Positions 13,501 through 24,900 of a DNA stretch of 64,000 nt are shown in pieces (within the stretch, counting starts at the first letter, position 1; the number at the start of each line of letters is the position of its first letter). The notes beneath the pieces were generated by a model. The model saw only the letters and a list, made by a program, of their open reading frames with translations. It was not told where the DNA came from and searched no databases. Made by a program: the position numbers and the translations under genes. Source of the DNA: Antedon mediterranea. Lineage: Eukaryota; Animalia; Echinodermata. The stretch lies in NCBI RefSeq assembly GCF_964355755.1, contig NC_092674.1:10664001-10728000 (forward strand), in the 5' to 3' direction.

Positions 13501-16129
13501 GTCATGGTGCAGCATGGTTGGTACATGGAGTAAGCGATGGACATGGCAAATTTTGGAAGTACTGGTAAGTTGGTATAGAACCATTACAAGATACATGAGA
13601 TACTATATGTGAACTTTATTCAATCAATCGTACATTTGTTATAATGGTAACCACAATAAGGTATAATATTACAGTAAAAAACAAGACCAATATAAATATT
13701 AATTATAAAATATATACAATGATTATTTACAGTAATGATAATAATAAAAATTAATTGTTTATATTGACTATTATTGGAAACAGAAGTTGAATAATAAAAT
13801 ACTGGAAAGTTTAATTAGAGGTTTACAATCAATGGAAAAGATGAAAACATATAATATTGTAACATGAGTTATGTTATGTGTCACTATGGCCCTGTTTCTG
13901 CTGCCAATCCCAAATATACCGTATAAATATACCGTATATATACCGTATATGAAATTCGTGCACCGTTTCCGCTGCACATACTTCGTGGGTGGGCTGTAAA
14001 AAAAGTTGGCTTTCATATACCCAAAATGCATTTTGTGAGACGGAAGTATGGATTGACCTAGAGTTTCGTGTAGTGAGGTTACATGACAAAAACAAAACAA
14101 TGATGGTTTCTCAAAACGTCTTAGCATTGCTTTCTATTTTAAATCTAATGATCAGAAGTGGCAACGAATTTACATCGCACAAACAATCTAGAAATGTAGA
14201 ATGGGCATTGACTACATTTATGCAAAGAAGACGACGGCGTTTGCCGATAACTTTGGCATTATTAAGTCTACCACAAATTCTACTTTTATTTTGTTTGAGA
14301 TACTTTTGTAAATCTCGGTATCTCTTCTGTTGCCATGTAGTCTCCCCCCAACCTTCGCTTCTCCCCACAATTGAATTGCAAAAATAGTTATTTCTTCAGT
14401 CCACAGGGATATTTTGATCTGTTGCTTGCTTATTATACACGTGTGTGTCAATGCAGCAGAAAAACCAAACAAACGCATCACGCTCTGTTAGTTTTTGACC
14501 TCGTGTCATGGGCCGTGTCATATATACGGTATATTTTTAGTGCAGCAGAAACGGGGTACGAAATATACGGTATATTTTGGAATATACCGTATAATATCCA
14601 CAAACGATGGGGATATTTATGCGGTATATATATCGCATATATATACGGTATATTTTTTTATGAGACCCATTTCTGCTGCCAAAAAATATACCGTATATAA
14701 AATATACCGTATATATACGGTATATTTTTGGCAGCAGAAACGGGGCCTATGTTAAGAACCTGCATGTACTAATATGTTGCCATTATTCCATAGAATCCCA
14801 TCCCATATACAATTTACGCCTTTCTGTCCCTGCCACAAAAATGGTTTTTGGCGACAATGCGTTCTCTGTCCGAAACTTTAGAGCAGCATCCCTTTAGATA
14901 TCTGACACTAGGCTCCTAGTTCTCGTCTTTTTAAGAAACAGCTAAAAACGTACCTGTTCCCTAATTAGAATTTTTATTTTATTTGTATGTTGTTTCTGAT
15001 AATTTTCTCTGCACAGTGCTTTAATCTTCTGGCAACACGCTTTATAAATAATGAATAATAATAAAGCTAAGAGCAAATTAATTGTGTATTTGGGCAATAT
15101 TTTGAGGTGAAAGTTTTCAGAAAAAGAAAAAACATCTACGTATTAGTTTTCCATATATGATATCCCAGAATGGTACACTCTAGTTGTTTAATATAATATT
15201 TATTATGTTCTGTTCCCTAATTAGCATTTTTATTTATTTTTTTGTATGTGGTTTCTGATAATTTTCTCTGCACAGTGCTTTGGTCTTCTGAAAACACGCT
15301 TTATAAATAATGAATAATAATTATGAAGCTAAGAGAAAATTAACTGTGTATTTGGGCAATATTTTGAGGTTTTCAGAAAAAGAAAAAAATATCTACGTAT
15401 TAGTTTGTTTTCCATATATGATATCCCAGAATGGTACACTCTAGTTGTTTAATATAATAGTTCGAAATACAATTATTACCAGTTTTGCACAGTTTATTTT
15501 TGTTTATTTTTTTAGGGCTGCCAAAGCAAACATGGCGCATCCTGAGATTCCAGTAATAAGTAGATGCCATTCCTATGTAATTAACACCAAATTCAAATAT
15601 GATTGCAGTAAATGTGGATACACGTAAGTATTATTATCGACTCAATTGTGACTTTTTAATTGTACACTAAGTAAGTATAGTAAGCTCAAATCTCACAATA
15701 ATCTCTAACATGAATTACAAAAGTAATCATAAAGATCATATAGTGTAAAATATATTGTAAGTCTAAAAACTACCAAAATTAAAGTGAGGCAAACAAATTT
15801 AAGTTTGCTAGTTTAGACTAGGCCTTGAATGTTATGATTACAGTACTATATTGATTAAACTTTTAATATTTTACAGAATCGGACGTCATTCCAAGTCGCT
15901 GGACACATCGCGATATCGTTGCGGTTGCTGCAAAGGCGAATTTGTACTTAGACCACAACTTGACAAAGGCGGGAAACCTGTCAAAAAACGACAACCAAGT
16001 AAATTTGCACTTTACGTTAAAGATAATTATAGCTCGGTGAAGAAAGATAATGAGCAAATGAAGCATGCAGACATTATGAGGATATTAAGCCAAGAATTTG
16101 GTAATAAAGCCAAAATTAGCAATTCTTAA
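7531..16129 (+). CDS. GCNA: Germ cell nuclear acidic protein (GCNA/ACRC), SprT-family metalloprotease, 10 coding exons
   Basis: Exons 7531-7671, 8155-9158, 10018-10067, 10712-10866, 11565-11616, 12196-12530, 13027-13162, 13468-13564, 15516-15623, 15877-16129; all GT-AG and in phase. N-terminal LFNRVASKLGW, long acidic/Ser-rich disordered region, SprT domain (ITWNKRMRKTAG ... RIELSDKVCDSAERLRDTLIHELCHGAAW ... GHGKFWKYW), Zn finger (CSKC ... RHSKSLD ... CGCC) and HMG-like C-terminus (FALYVKDNY ... HADIMRILS). Confidence 0.95.
9366..9911. mobile_element. Non-autonomous Kolobok-like element in GCNA intron 2
   Basis: TTAA|agatgtattgtcc ... ggacaatacatct|TTAA. A TTAA TSD with purine-purine (AG) start is Kolobok-type. 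Confidence 0.8.
10449..10550. repeat. ~100-bp near-perfect inverted repeat (hairpin MITE)
   Basis: ctctcctcaaccattattc ... ggctaaacaagtcttctcagata / tatctgagaagacttgttttagcc ... gaataatggttgaggagag. Confidence 0.75.
11998..12122. mobile_element. Family-A hairpin MITE copy
   Basis: aagctctgtctagactatcaaact ... gggcacatcacattttttgtcac ... atagtgtaaacatagctt. Confidence 0.75.
13258..13395 (-). mobile_element. tRNA-derived SINE fragment
   Basis: Minus strand tagcttggtggttaa (A-box-like) ... gggttcaatcc (B-box-like) ... ggttgtaactca. A related copy lies at 53950-54080. Confidence 0.6.
13888..14747. mobile_element. Non-autonomous Harbinger-like element with ATATACCGT subterminal repeats
   Basis: tat|ggccctgtttctgctgcca ... 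tggcagcagaaacggggcc|tat. 3-bp TSD, many atataccgt / acggtatat motifs, and internal TIR-like gcagcagaaa copies. Confidence 0.85.
14955..15459 (+). repeat. Tandem duplication of ~250 bp in GCNA intron 8
   Basis: tgttccctaattag ... cccagaatggtacactctagttgtttaatataata occurs at about 14955-15198 and 15211-15459 with few differences. Confidence 0.9.
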
Positions 16130-16350
16130 ATAAAAGTCATGACATTATTATGTAGAAAAGTTATAATTAACGTTTCTGAATTTTTAAATTTATTATGAAA
16201 AAGAAAGATTTTTATTGAACAAATAATGTTGCAATGAATTTACTTCAGTAAACCAATAATGAACTTTCTTGAGGTCCGAAATTTCCTAATACATTTTTAC
16301 CATTAAACGCATTCCAAATACCAGACTTTCTAGAAAACTAGACATATTAG

Positions 16351-16517
16351 CAGTGGCGTAACAGCTATGCGTGCTCACTCGCTAAACCCATGGGCCCCTG
16401 AGCAATGCCCAGAGGAAAAAACAAGCATTAAAATATGTCGAAAAAGGTAAAAACGCCCATAGCCTCCAGCATTGGAGGGCCACTTAGGGTTCCTCAGGTC
16501 TCTACGTTACACCACTG
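16351..16517. mobile_element. hAT-like MITE (CAGTGGCGTAAC TIR)
   Basis: cagtggcgtaac ... gttacaccactg. Related fragments at about 11713-11810 and 56420-56497. TSD degenerate. Confidence 0.65.
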
Positions 16518-17522
16518 GGTATTTGTACTACAGGTATTATTAACAATCAAGTGATACAATTATGCTGGGTGAAAGATGAATGGGCTCACTCTGTTTTCCA
16601 CTTATACCTTTTTACGCTATATAAACTTTATATTTATAGCATCTGAAATATTTTATTATTAAATTTCACATGTATTACGAAACTTGTGAAATCTTGGTAA
16701 AAGTAGGTTTACTGTGATTGGTCAGTTGAATACTACAAAGACCCTTTGCTGGTGTGTTTTTCTAGACATTTTCCACAAACTTTATTCAAATATTTTTGGT
16801 TATGGTTACAAATGTTTACTATCTGCAAAGTTATGCAATGTGAAAATAATGATAATAAAAATGTTTACGCAAGAAAATTGTCACTGCCTTAAATTCTTTT
16901 TCCAATACACTTTTTATAGCTTCATTCAAATTGGAGTTATTTGGTTTATGTGGGAAAGAATAAAGATAGATGTGTACATTTATGGACTGTGTATAACAAA
17001 TTCACACTCTGAATAAATATCAATATGGAAATGTTAATGCTAAAATCGGCTATCCATAAACTGAGATGAAACATTTTTTTCATAAAAGACCAACATTTAT
17101 TTGAGGACTTTTAACATTTAAGTATTGTTTTTCCATAAGTATTTGTTAATGGAGTATTGTGAATTATGTTAGTTCTCAACCAACAAGCTGGCATTGTTTA
17201 CCACTCAAATAAAAAAAGTACAGATTTTTTTCTGTTGAAGACAAAGGTTATCCAAACGAACAAACCAAATGTCATTACTTTAAAATTCTTCTTTCTTGGT
17301 GTTATTTAATTTTATATACATATATATGTATAAAATATTGTGTACTGTATATATATAAATGCAGATGAGATATATGAACAAACATCAACTATATAGCTAG
17401 TTAGTAACCAATGTGATGTACAGTTGTAAATGGAAATGGTTACAGTACCAGATCATGAATAAAAATTAATATCAACAATTTCTTTGTTAGATGTGTTTTA
17501 TTGCATATGAACAGATTTCCTT

Positions 17523-18245
17523 GATTGTGACAAATGATGATGACAATTGGTGGTAAAAAGATATTGGTGACAAATGATTAGTGACAAGTAATTTGTGCCA
17601 AAAAGTTATTGGTGGTAAAAAATTATTGGTGACAAATGATTGGTAACAAGTGATTGTTGACAATTGGTGCCAAAAAGTTATTGGTGACAATTGGTGGTAA
17701 AAAGTTATTGGTGACAAATGATTGGTGACAAGTGATTGGTGACAAGTAATGTGTGCCAAAAAGTTATTGGTAATTGGTGGTAAAAAGTTATTGGTGACAA
17801 ATGATTGGTCACAAGTTATTGATGACAATTGATGCCAAAAAGTTATTGGTGACAAATGGTCACAATTGGTGACAAGTTATTAATGACAAATTATTGGTCA
17901 CAAGTGTGATTGGTGATAAATAATTGGTGGTAAAAAGTTATTGGTGACAAATGAGTGGTCACAAGTGATTGATGATAATTGATGCCAAAAAGTTATTGGT
18001 GACAAATGGTCACAATTGGTGACAAATGGTTACAATTGGTGACAAGTTATTAGTGACAAATTATTGGTCACAAGTGTGATTGGTGATAAATAATTGGTTG
18101 TAAAAAGTTATTGGTAACAAATGATTGGTGACAAATAATTGGTGGCAAGTGATTGGTGATGGGGGATAAATGATCATGCATGATAGTGACAAAGTGATAT
18201 TGGCGACAATTTTTTGTCAAATGTGATTGGGGACAAATTCTGACA
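17523..18245 (+). repeat. Minisatellite, ~14-bp unit TGATTGGTGACAAA, with 150-170-bp higher-order blocks
   Basis: Dozens of ttattggtgacaaa / tgattggtgacaag variants. Blocks 17771-17920 and 17921-18090 are near copies. Confidence 0.92.
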
Positions 18246-18789
18246 TACAATACAGATATTTCAATGACTTCATTTTGCCTGGAAGTGGATTGGTACCCAT
18301 ATCTTAAATTAATTTTTGAGGCAACATCCATGTAGACAGAGTGAAATGAAAAAAAAAATCCCTGCCTTATTTGCATGTTTTTATTCTAGGCAATTTTTGG
18401 TAGGATTACCCCTTGAATCACAAGTAGTTGGAATTTATTATTTTTCTGGATATTGTTGGATGACCTACTTTTGCAGATTAAATTAAAAAAAAACATTTGA
18501 TGATGTCTGATGATGTCCTGTCATGAATGAAGGTTACATATTATATTATAATACTATCAAGTATCATTAGAAACCGTATTAAAAAATCTTTTTTACAGAA
18601 AACTGTTTTAGTCTGAGACTGCTATAATGTTATGCTTATTCTTCGGGCTCTAAGTGTATTTTAGATTGATTTTATTTATATGTAAAGACCAATATAATAA
18701 TTGAATACATTTTTTTCGAAAATATGGAATATTATTATCTTTCTGTCACTTTTGAGATACTTCTATTCAATTTGTAACCATGGAAATTA

Positions 18790-18870
18790 AATTTCGCGCG
18801 AGTATATCCAGTCTGGCTGTATAACGCATGCGCAGTCATGGTGTGACCGTGGATCATGGCGGCCGATTTT
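18790..18870 (+). promoter_or_regulatory. Putative ubinuclein core promoter with E2F-, NRF1- and YY1-like motifs
   Basis: CpG-rich patch 70-150 bp upstream of the ATG: tttcgcgc (18792), acgcatgcgca (18824), catggcggcc (18855). Confidence 0.55.
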
Positions 18871-18941
18871 CAAAGTAGAGAAGGTTTGCAAAGTATTTTC
18901 ATCGTAAAGTAAATTTGTGGACAAGAATGTGATTTTCTACA

Positions 18942-21900
18942 ATGGCAGAAAGAAGACGAATTATACCACTTTCTGTTGGACCTTTAATTAAACAGGAAGA
19001 AGCAAAACCAGAGAAGCCTACACCACGTTTTACACTGTCATTAGCCGAGTCAAACGAGCGAGAATGCCCCGAATTCTGTTTCTCAGAGCTTATGAAAAAT
19101 GCCCTGGTAAGTTAATTCTATGGCGAAATTATTGTTGAAAATAGCTTCTGTATTTCATTATAAATTGTTCTCCAACTTCATTAACTTTTACACTAAATCC
19201 ACCTAAGATTTTTTCTTAAAATTGTATTGGAATCTGAAAGTTCATACACCGGTGTGGGCGACCAAAATTTAGACAAAAATCTTTGCCTATATTTTCCTTC
19301 GACTTTTCTATCCTTTGTTAGGTATATATTATAGCGTGGCAAACCTATTTAAACTGCAGGAAGACGATTTGACTTGATTTGGACGCCATCTTTTTCTTTT
19401 TCGTCGATTCTACCTTGTCGGATTCATTAGAAAAAGAGCGATGTTATTAGAAAAATATGAATGGTGTTGCCTGATTATTAGTGAGTGTGCGTGTGTGAGA
19501 AATACGTTCTTTTATTTAGGATGTTGATAAATGGAAAAAGGTAGAGAAAGTAGTGAACGGATTTCGGTCTAAATTTCGCAGTTGAATGAGGGGTCATTTT
19601 GATGAACGTTTAGTGCTTGTTGTATGCATGTATTATACGAGTAATTAACTTATGTTGAAGCTTTTTGCGTGCGGGGTCAAGGGTGTGTTGAGCTTCGTTG
19701 CATTATGCTGTTTGTGAGCTTAGAGTGCGGTGTGTGTGTAGGCTAAGTAAGACAGGAGAGGCGCTGGTGGAAACTTTTTTAATGCATTTTTATTTATTTA
19801 ATTATGTTGCGCATCTGATGTTAATGTTTTCATTCATTTGACATAATAAAAAGGTTAGGCTAATCCTAATACTTATTAATATTATTATTAGTATTGTATT
19901 TTTGATACTGTATTTTTCATATTAAATATGTGTTTGATGATTTGTAAGGAACAAATAATATAAAATTATAATAAAAGCATAATTATAAAAAATAATAAAA
20001 AAATTGGTTTTTTTTTGCATTAAAAAAACATTTATTATTTCGGATCTTGCTTATTAATATTACATGTTGTTTTTTTAATTTATGTTTCAAATAAAAATTT
20101 TTCAATATAATATTTAGGCCTATATTAAAATAATGTATTAAATTTTGTTATCTATTTATTTTTAATATTACTAAGATTAAGAAAAAAATATTCGGAGTAG
20201 AATAGTTTAGGCCTACATGTATTATTAATTTTAGAATTAATCCGTCTTTTAATTTTACCTATTGTTATTAAAAATGATTGACATATATTTTTACATTTCT
20301 TTGTTTAAACGATAAATTTATTAATCTGCATTTATTGAAATAAATTGCAATTTCTCATACAAATTAATAATTGACAAAATGAATTTAAATCCAACTCGTA
20401 GTTATTAAAATAATGAGATGAATGTTAGTCTCTTTGTAAATATAATATTTTGTAGTCAACTATGTTAAATAACAACATCCTTTGTGACACTCCTATTAAA
20501 GGGACACGCCTATTAAGTGAATACCCTTATTTAAGATGATACCTCCATTAAGGGGACATCCCTATTTTTTATTAAGGGGACATCCCTATTTTTTATTAAG
20601 GGGACATCCCTATTAAGGATACACCCCTATTAGGGGACACCACTATTATTTATTAAGAGGGCCATCCCTATTATTATGGGGACATCCCTTTAAAAGGGAC
20701 ACGCCTATTAAGGGAACACCCCTATTAAGACACCTCCATTAAGGGGACACCCATATTATTTATTAAGGAGAAATCCCTATTAAGGAGACACCCTTATTAA
20801 AGGGACATCCCTATAATTTATTAAGGGGACATCCCTATTATTTATTAAGAGGACATCCCTATTATTAAGGAGACACCACCTCTATTAAGGAGACCTCCCA
20901 ATTAAGGAAACATCCCTATTAAGGGGACACACCTATTAAGGAGACACCTCCATTAAGGAGACATCCCTATTATTTATTAGTGGACATCCCTATTATTTAT
21001 TAGTGGACATCCCTATTAAGGAGACACCTCTATTAAGAGGACACCCCTATTAAGGAGATGCCCGTATTAAAAGGACACTCCTATTAAGGGAACACCCCTA
21101 TTAAGGGGACACCAATATTATTATTTAAGAGGAAATCCCAATTAAGGAGACATCCCTATTAAGGAGACACCTCCATTAAGGGGACATCCCTATTATTTAT
21201 TAAGGGGAAATCCCTATTAAGGGGACATCGCTATTAAGTAGACACCTCTATTAAGAAGCCACTCCTGTTAAAAGGACACGCATATTAAGGAGACACCTCC
21301 ATTAAGGGGAGATCCCTATTAAGGGATGCCTCTATTAAGGGGACACCCCTTTTAAGGAGACATCCCTATTATTTATTAAGATGACACCCCTATTAAGGAG
21401 ACATCCCTATTATTTATTAAGGGGACATTCACCTCTATTAGGGGGACACTCCTATTAAGGGGACATCCCTATTTAGGGAAAATCCCTATATTAAAGAGAT
21501 ATTCCTATTAAGGAGACATTCCTATTAAGGAGACACCTCTATTTATTAGGGAGACACTCCTATTAAGGGGACACTTTGTTGCATCTCTAAAATGTACTCT
21601 TAATAGGGGCTTGTTCTACTGTACAAGAGTGGAAACAAAGAATTGCTTTGGAGTTAATACCAAATAATTTAGTGTTTGAAATATTAATAATAAAATACAG
21701 TATATGTAAAAGAATATTTATTATTTTCCATAGGGACATGAAGACGAATCCGACAAAAAGTTCAATGAACTCGAGGAAGATGACCTCACTGGAATGGCGG
21801 CCTTGGCAAAGAAATTTGAACAGAAATACGTATGTTGACTTTCGTAGAATTTTTGACTCGCAAATAGAAAATAGTTTTTAAGTTCATTTTGTAATAAATC

Positions 21901-24900
21901 ATTTCATCTTTGCTTTGTGAGCCAATCTAAATTTTAACTCAATAATCGCTACCTACTGTACAGTAACTGTTTAAGAAATATCGTAGACATTTGTATATTG
22001 CACCCTCTACAGTTTGACATTTTGAGTTTAGTAGGTGCCATTTTGTCATGGAAATAACAATTTTCAACAGCTCCCTCTATTTTCATGGCATACAGTCCAA
22101 AAATAATATAGCTTTCTTCAGGCATGGACTGTGCATGGAAATTTTTATTGGTAAAGTGACTCAAGCCTTGTTAAAAATGTTGTTAATAAATAAAATGATA
22201 CATTTTGGATGCACAGTTGACCATTAGACACTGTTTATTTTACAGTACATTCAAACATTTTCCTGCCTTTGCCCTAATAAATCAATATTTCTTACAAAAA
22301 AAGCTGCTAAACTCGTTGACATTTTAAATTAGGTATTGTTCTTCCTTCATTAAATTATGCTTTTAATTTTATTGATATTCTCTTTAATTAATATTCTATT
22401 AGGTATCCCAATGAAAAAATTCAAATTAATTGTTTTACTTTTTCTTTCAGTTAACTATAAAGAACTTAGCATTAGCATTTTGCAATTTAAATGATTGAAA
22501 TCCGATTACCCGTTCTAAAGTTATGGTTATTTAAAGTGGTAAAAAAATATACGATTTTTTGCCTAAAAATGGTGTTTTTTGCAGTTGAAATTGGAAGCAT
22601 TTTTAAAAGGTTATAACTTTTACAATAATTAGTTAAAAGTTTTGAATTTTGTTAAACCTATAGATACCACAGAGTTGTACAACTCTATTTTTTTTGGAGC
22701 CTCAACGAAACCTATTTTTTAAATTATTGGTCCGCAAAGTGGTAGGAAAGCATTTAGCGCCCATTTTTGCTGGAATTCCCTAAAAAATGAAAAAACTGCA
22801 ATTTTTCAATGATCTGTAACTTTTGAACTACTGTACTAATTCATTTAATTTTTTTTGTACTTGTTAGAATGTAGTGTATATTTCATTAATAAATATATTT
22901 TAGATGTGTATATGAAAAAAAAATTTTTTCAGTGGGAAAGCCACTTCGCGTTTTGACCGTTAAATCGTGTAAAATCGACTTACTTCCGCATTGACGATTT
23001 TGAAGCGCCACCTATCGTTGAAAACTGAAACCACGATTTTTCGTCGCCTAGCAAATAAGTGCTGTTTTATTTTAAGCTCTCATGAATATTTAAGAACCGC
23101 CCAACATTACCTATTATGTTAAAAGCATTTCCTAATAAGTATAATTGAATAACCAATCGGTTTCCTTCAAAGAAACCGAAGCTAATACAATACATTCGGC
23201 GACTGAAGTCGGGACTCGTGAAATTGATAAATGTGGTACGATTTGACTTCTGTTTTGTTGTCCATTTTCTGAATAGTCGGAGGTGCATCCCAACAAATTA
23301 AAAAAATTGTAATCAATTGTTTTATCAAGAATAATATTAGTTTAATCGAGTATGATATATTTCTATCCTGTTCAAAATTTGTTGGTGTATTCTCAGGCCT
23401 CGAAAGGTAGGTACATTTTCTAGCTGTGAGCGTGGTTTCGGCAACGCGAGACACGTGTGTCAGTATAGGCGATAGCGAGACGTGTGTTGTACTGTGTTGA
23501 TGCTGATCCGATAGTCGTTAAGCCATGGTTGTACTGATTACGAGTATCATTGGTCCTGGCCGGCCTGCCTAGCCTGGTGATCTGATCCCCCCCAAAAAAT
23601 ACTTTTTTTCAATCAGTATTAATATTATTATTTTATTTTTCATTTATTATTTTGATTTATTAGGCTCAATAGATGTCTAGCTAAGCTACTAGTAGGCCTA
23701 GATTATATTAATAATAATAGTAAATACTGTAATTTAATTAATAAAATACAGCTTCCATCCATTTGCCTTACTTTTATGTCATCATATACTGTAATATTAT
23801 AATTACTGTATATATACAACCAGACATTAACATTTTTTTTAAATAATTATTTATAATTTTTTCTGACACTTTCAGGAATCGTTGATGATGCAGAGTTCTT
23901 TGTCTTTGTGACTTCAAACTGAGAGTGAAGTGGATAAAAAGATGACACCGGTACCTACCGACATTGTCATACCCAAACTATAATTTAATTATTTAAAACA
24001 AAATGTTGAATTACAAATATATATATGTATGTTGCAGAGGATTTAGATGAATTACAATACAAATATTAATGTTGAATGCAAACCTACTACACTATACTCT
24101 GTAAATTATGTTATTGTCATGTGGTAGACCTTAAAAATTGAATATTTATTGTATGTTAGGCCTATTTTATATTTTATTAATATTAATACTGTATTAGTTT
24201 AATATTACTATTAATTTATATTATACAGTACTAGCCTAGTTTGTACATGTTTTTACCCAAAGAAAATGAATAAATAATTTGTTATTCAATCTAATTGCTT
24301 GTTTGTTCATCAATAACAAAACAATTGTAAGCAAGTATATAACAGTTCTTGTTAGCTGCTTATTTCAGGTCATATTATTAATATTAGCTAGGCCCGACGC
24401 GCCCGATCACAACGTCACTAAAGTGAATTTCCGCCCCTGGAACAATCGCTCGCTAATAGGGCTCGGCCTCGGACTCGTATAAAAGCTATTATAATAGTTA
24501 TGATAAATATTCCTCAACTAAAATGTATACTGTGATAAATAAACAAGTAATAATATACGTTGTATTGGAATGTATTTATTTATATGAATTCTTATACGCT
24601 GACAATTATAAACATCGCGTATATCGTTCGCTATAAATAAATTCATAAACACGATGACGATGTGTTTACAAAATGGCGGTTTCGCTAGTTTTCTATGGAA
24701 CAAATAGTGGTACCTTTAGTTTGAATAGTCGGAGATGCATCCCAACCACCGAATTTTGTATCTTAATATCGTATTCTGTAGATTACTAATTTTTCTAACA
24801 GGAATTTTAAATTCAGGACTGTTCAATTTTTCTAAATATTTTATTTTAATGATTTTCTAGGGTACAATTTCGGAAAAAAGACATTGGTTGATTTTGCCGT

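Noticed and set aside
13771-14755. Cluster of 73-132-aa ORFs suggesting a transposase
   Set aside because: They lie inside a non-autonomous element, are dominated by ATATACCGT repeats, and show no DDE or Myb motif.
17487-18376. Minus-strand ORFs with repeating SPITF/HQ peptides
   Set aside because: Translations of the 14-bp minisatellite.
20480-21580. CRISPR-like appearance of regular short repeats
   Set aside because: Units are adjacent with no unique spacers, there are no cas genes, and the context is a eukaryotic intron.
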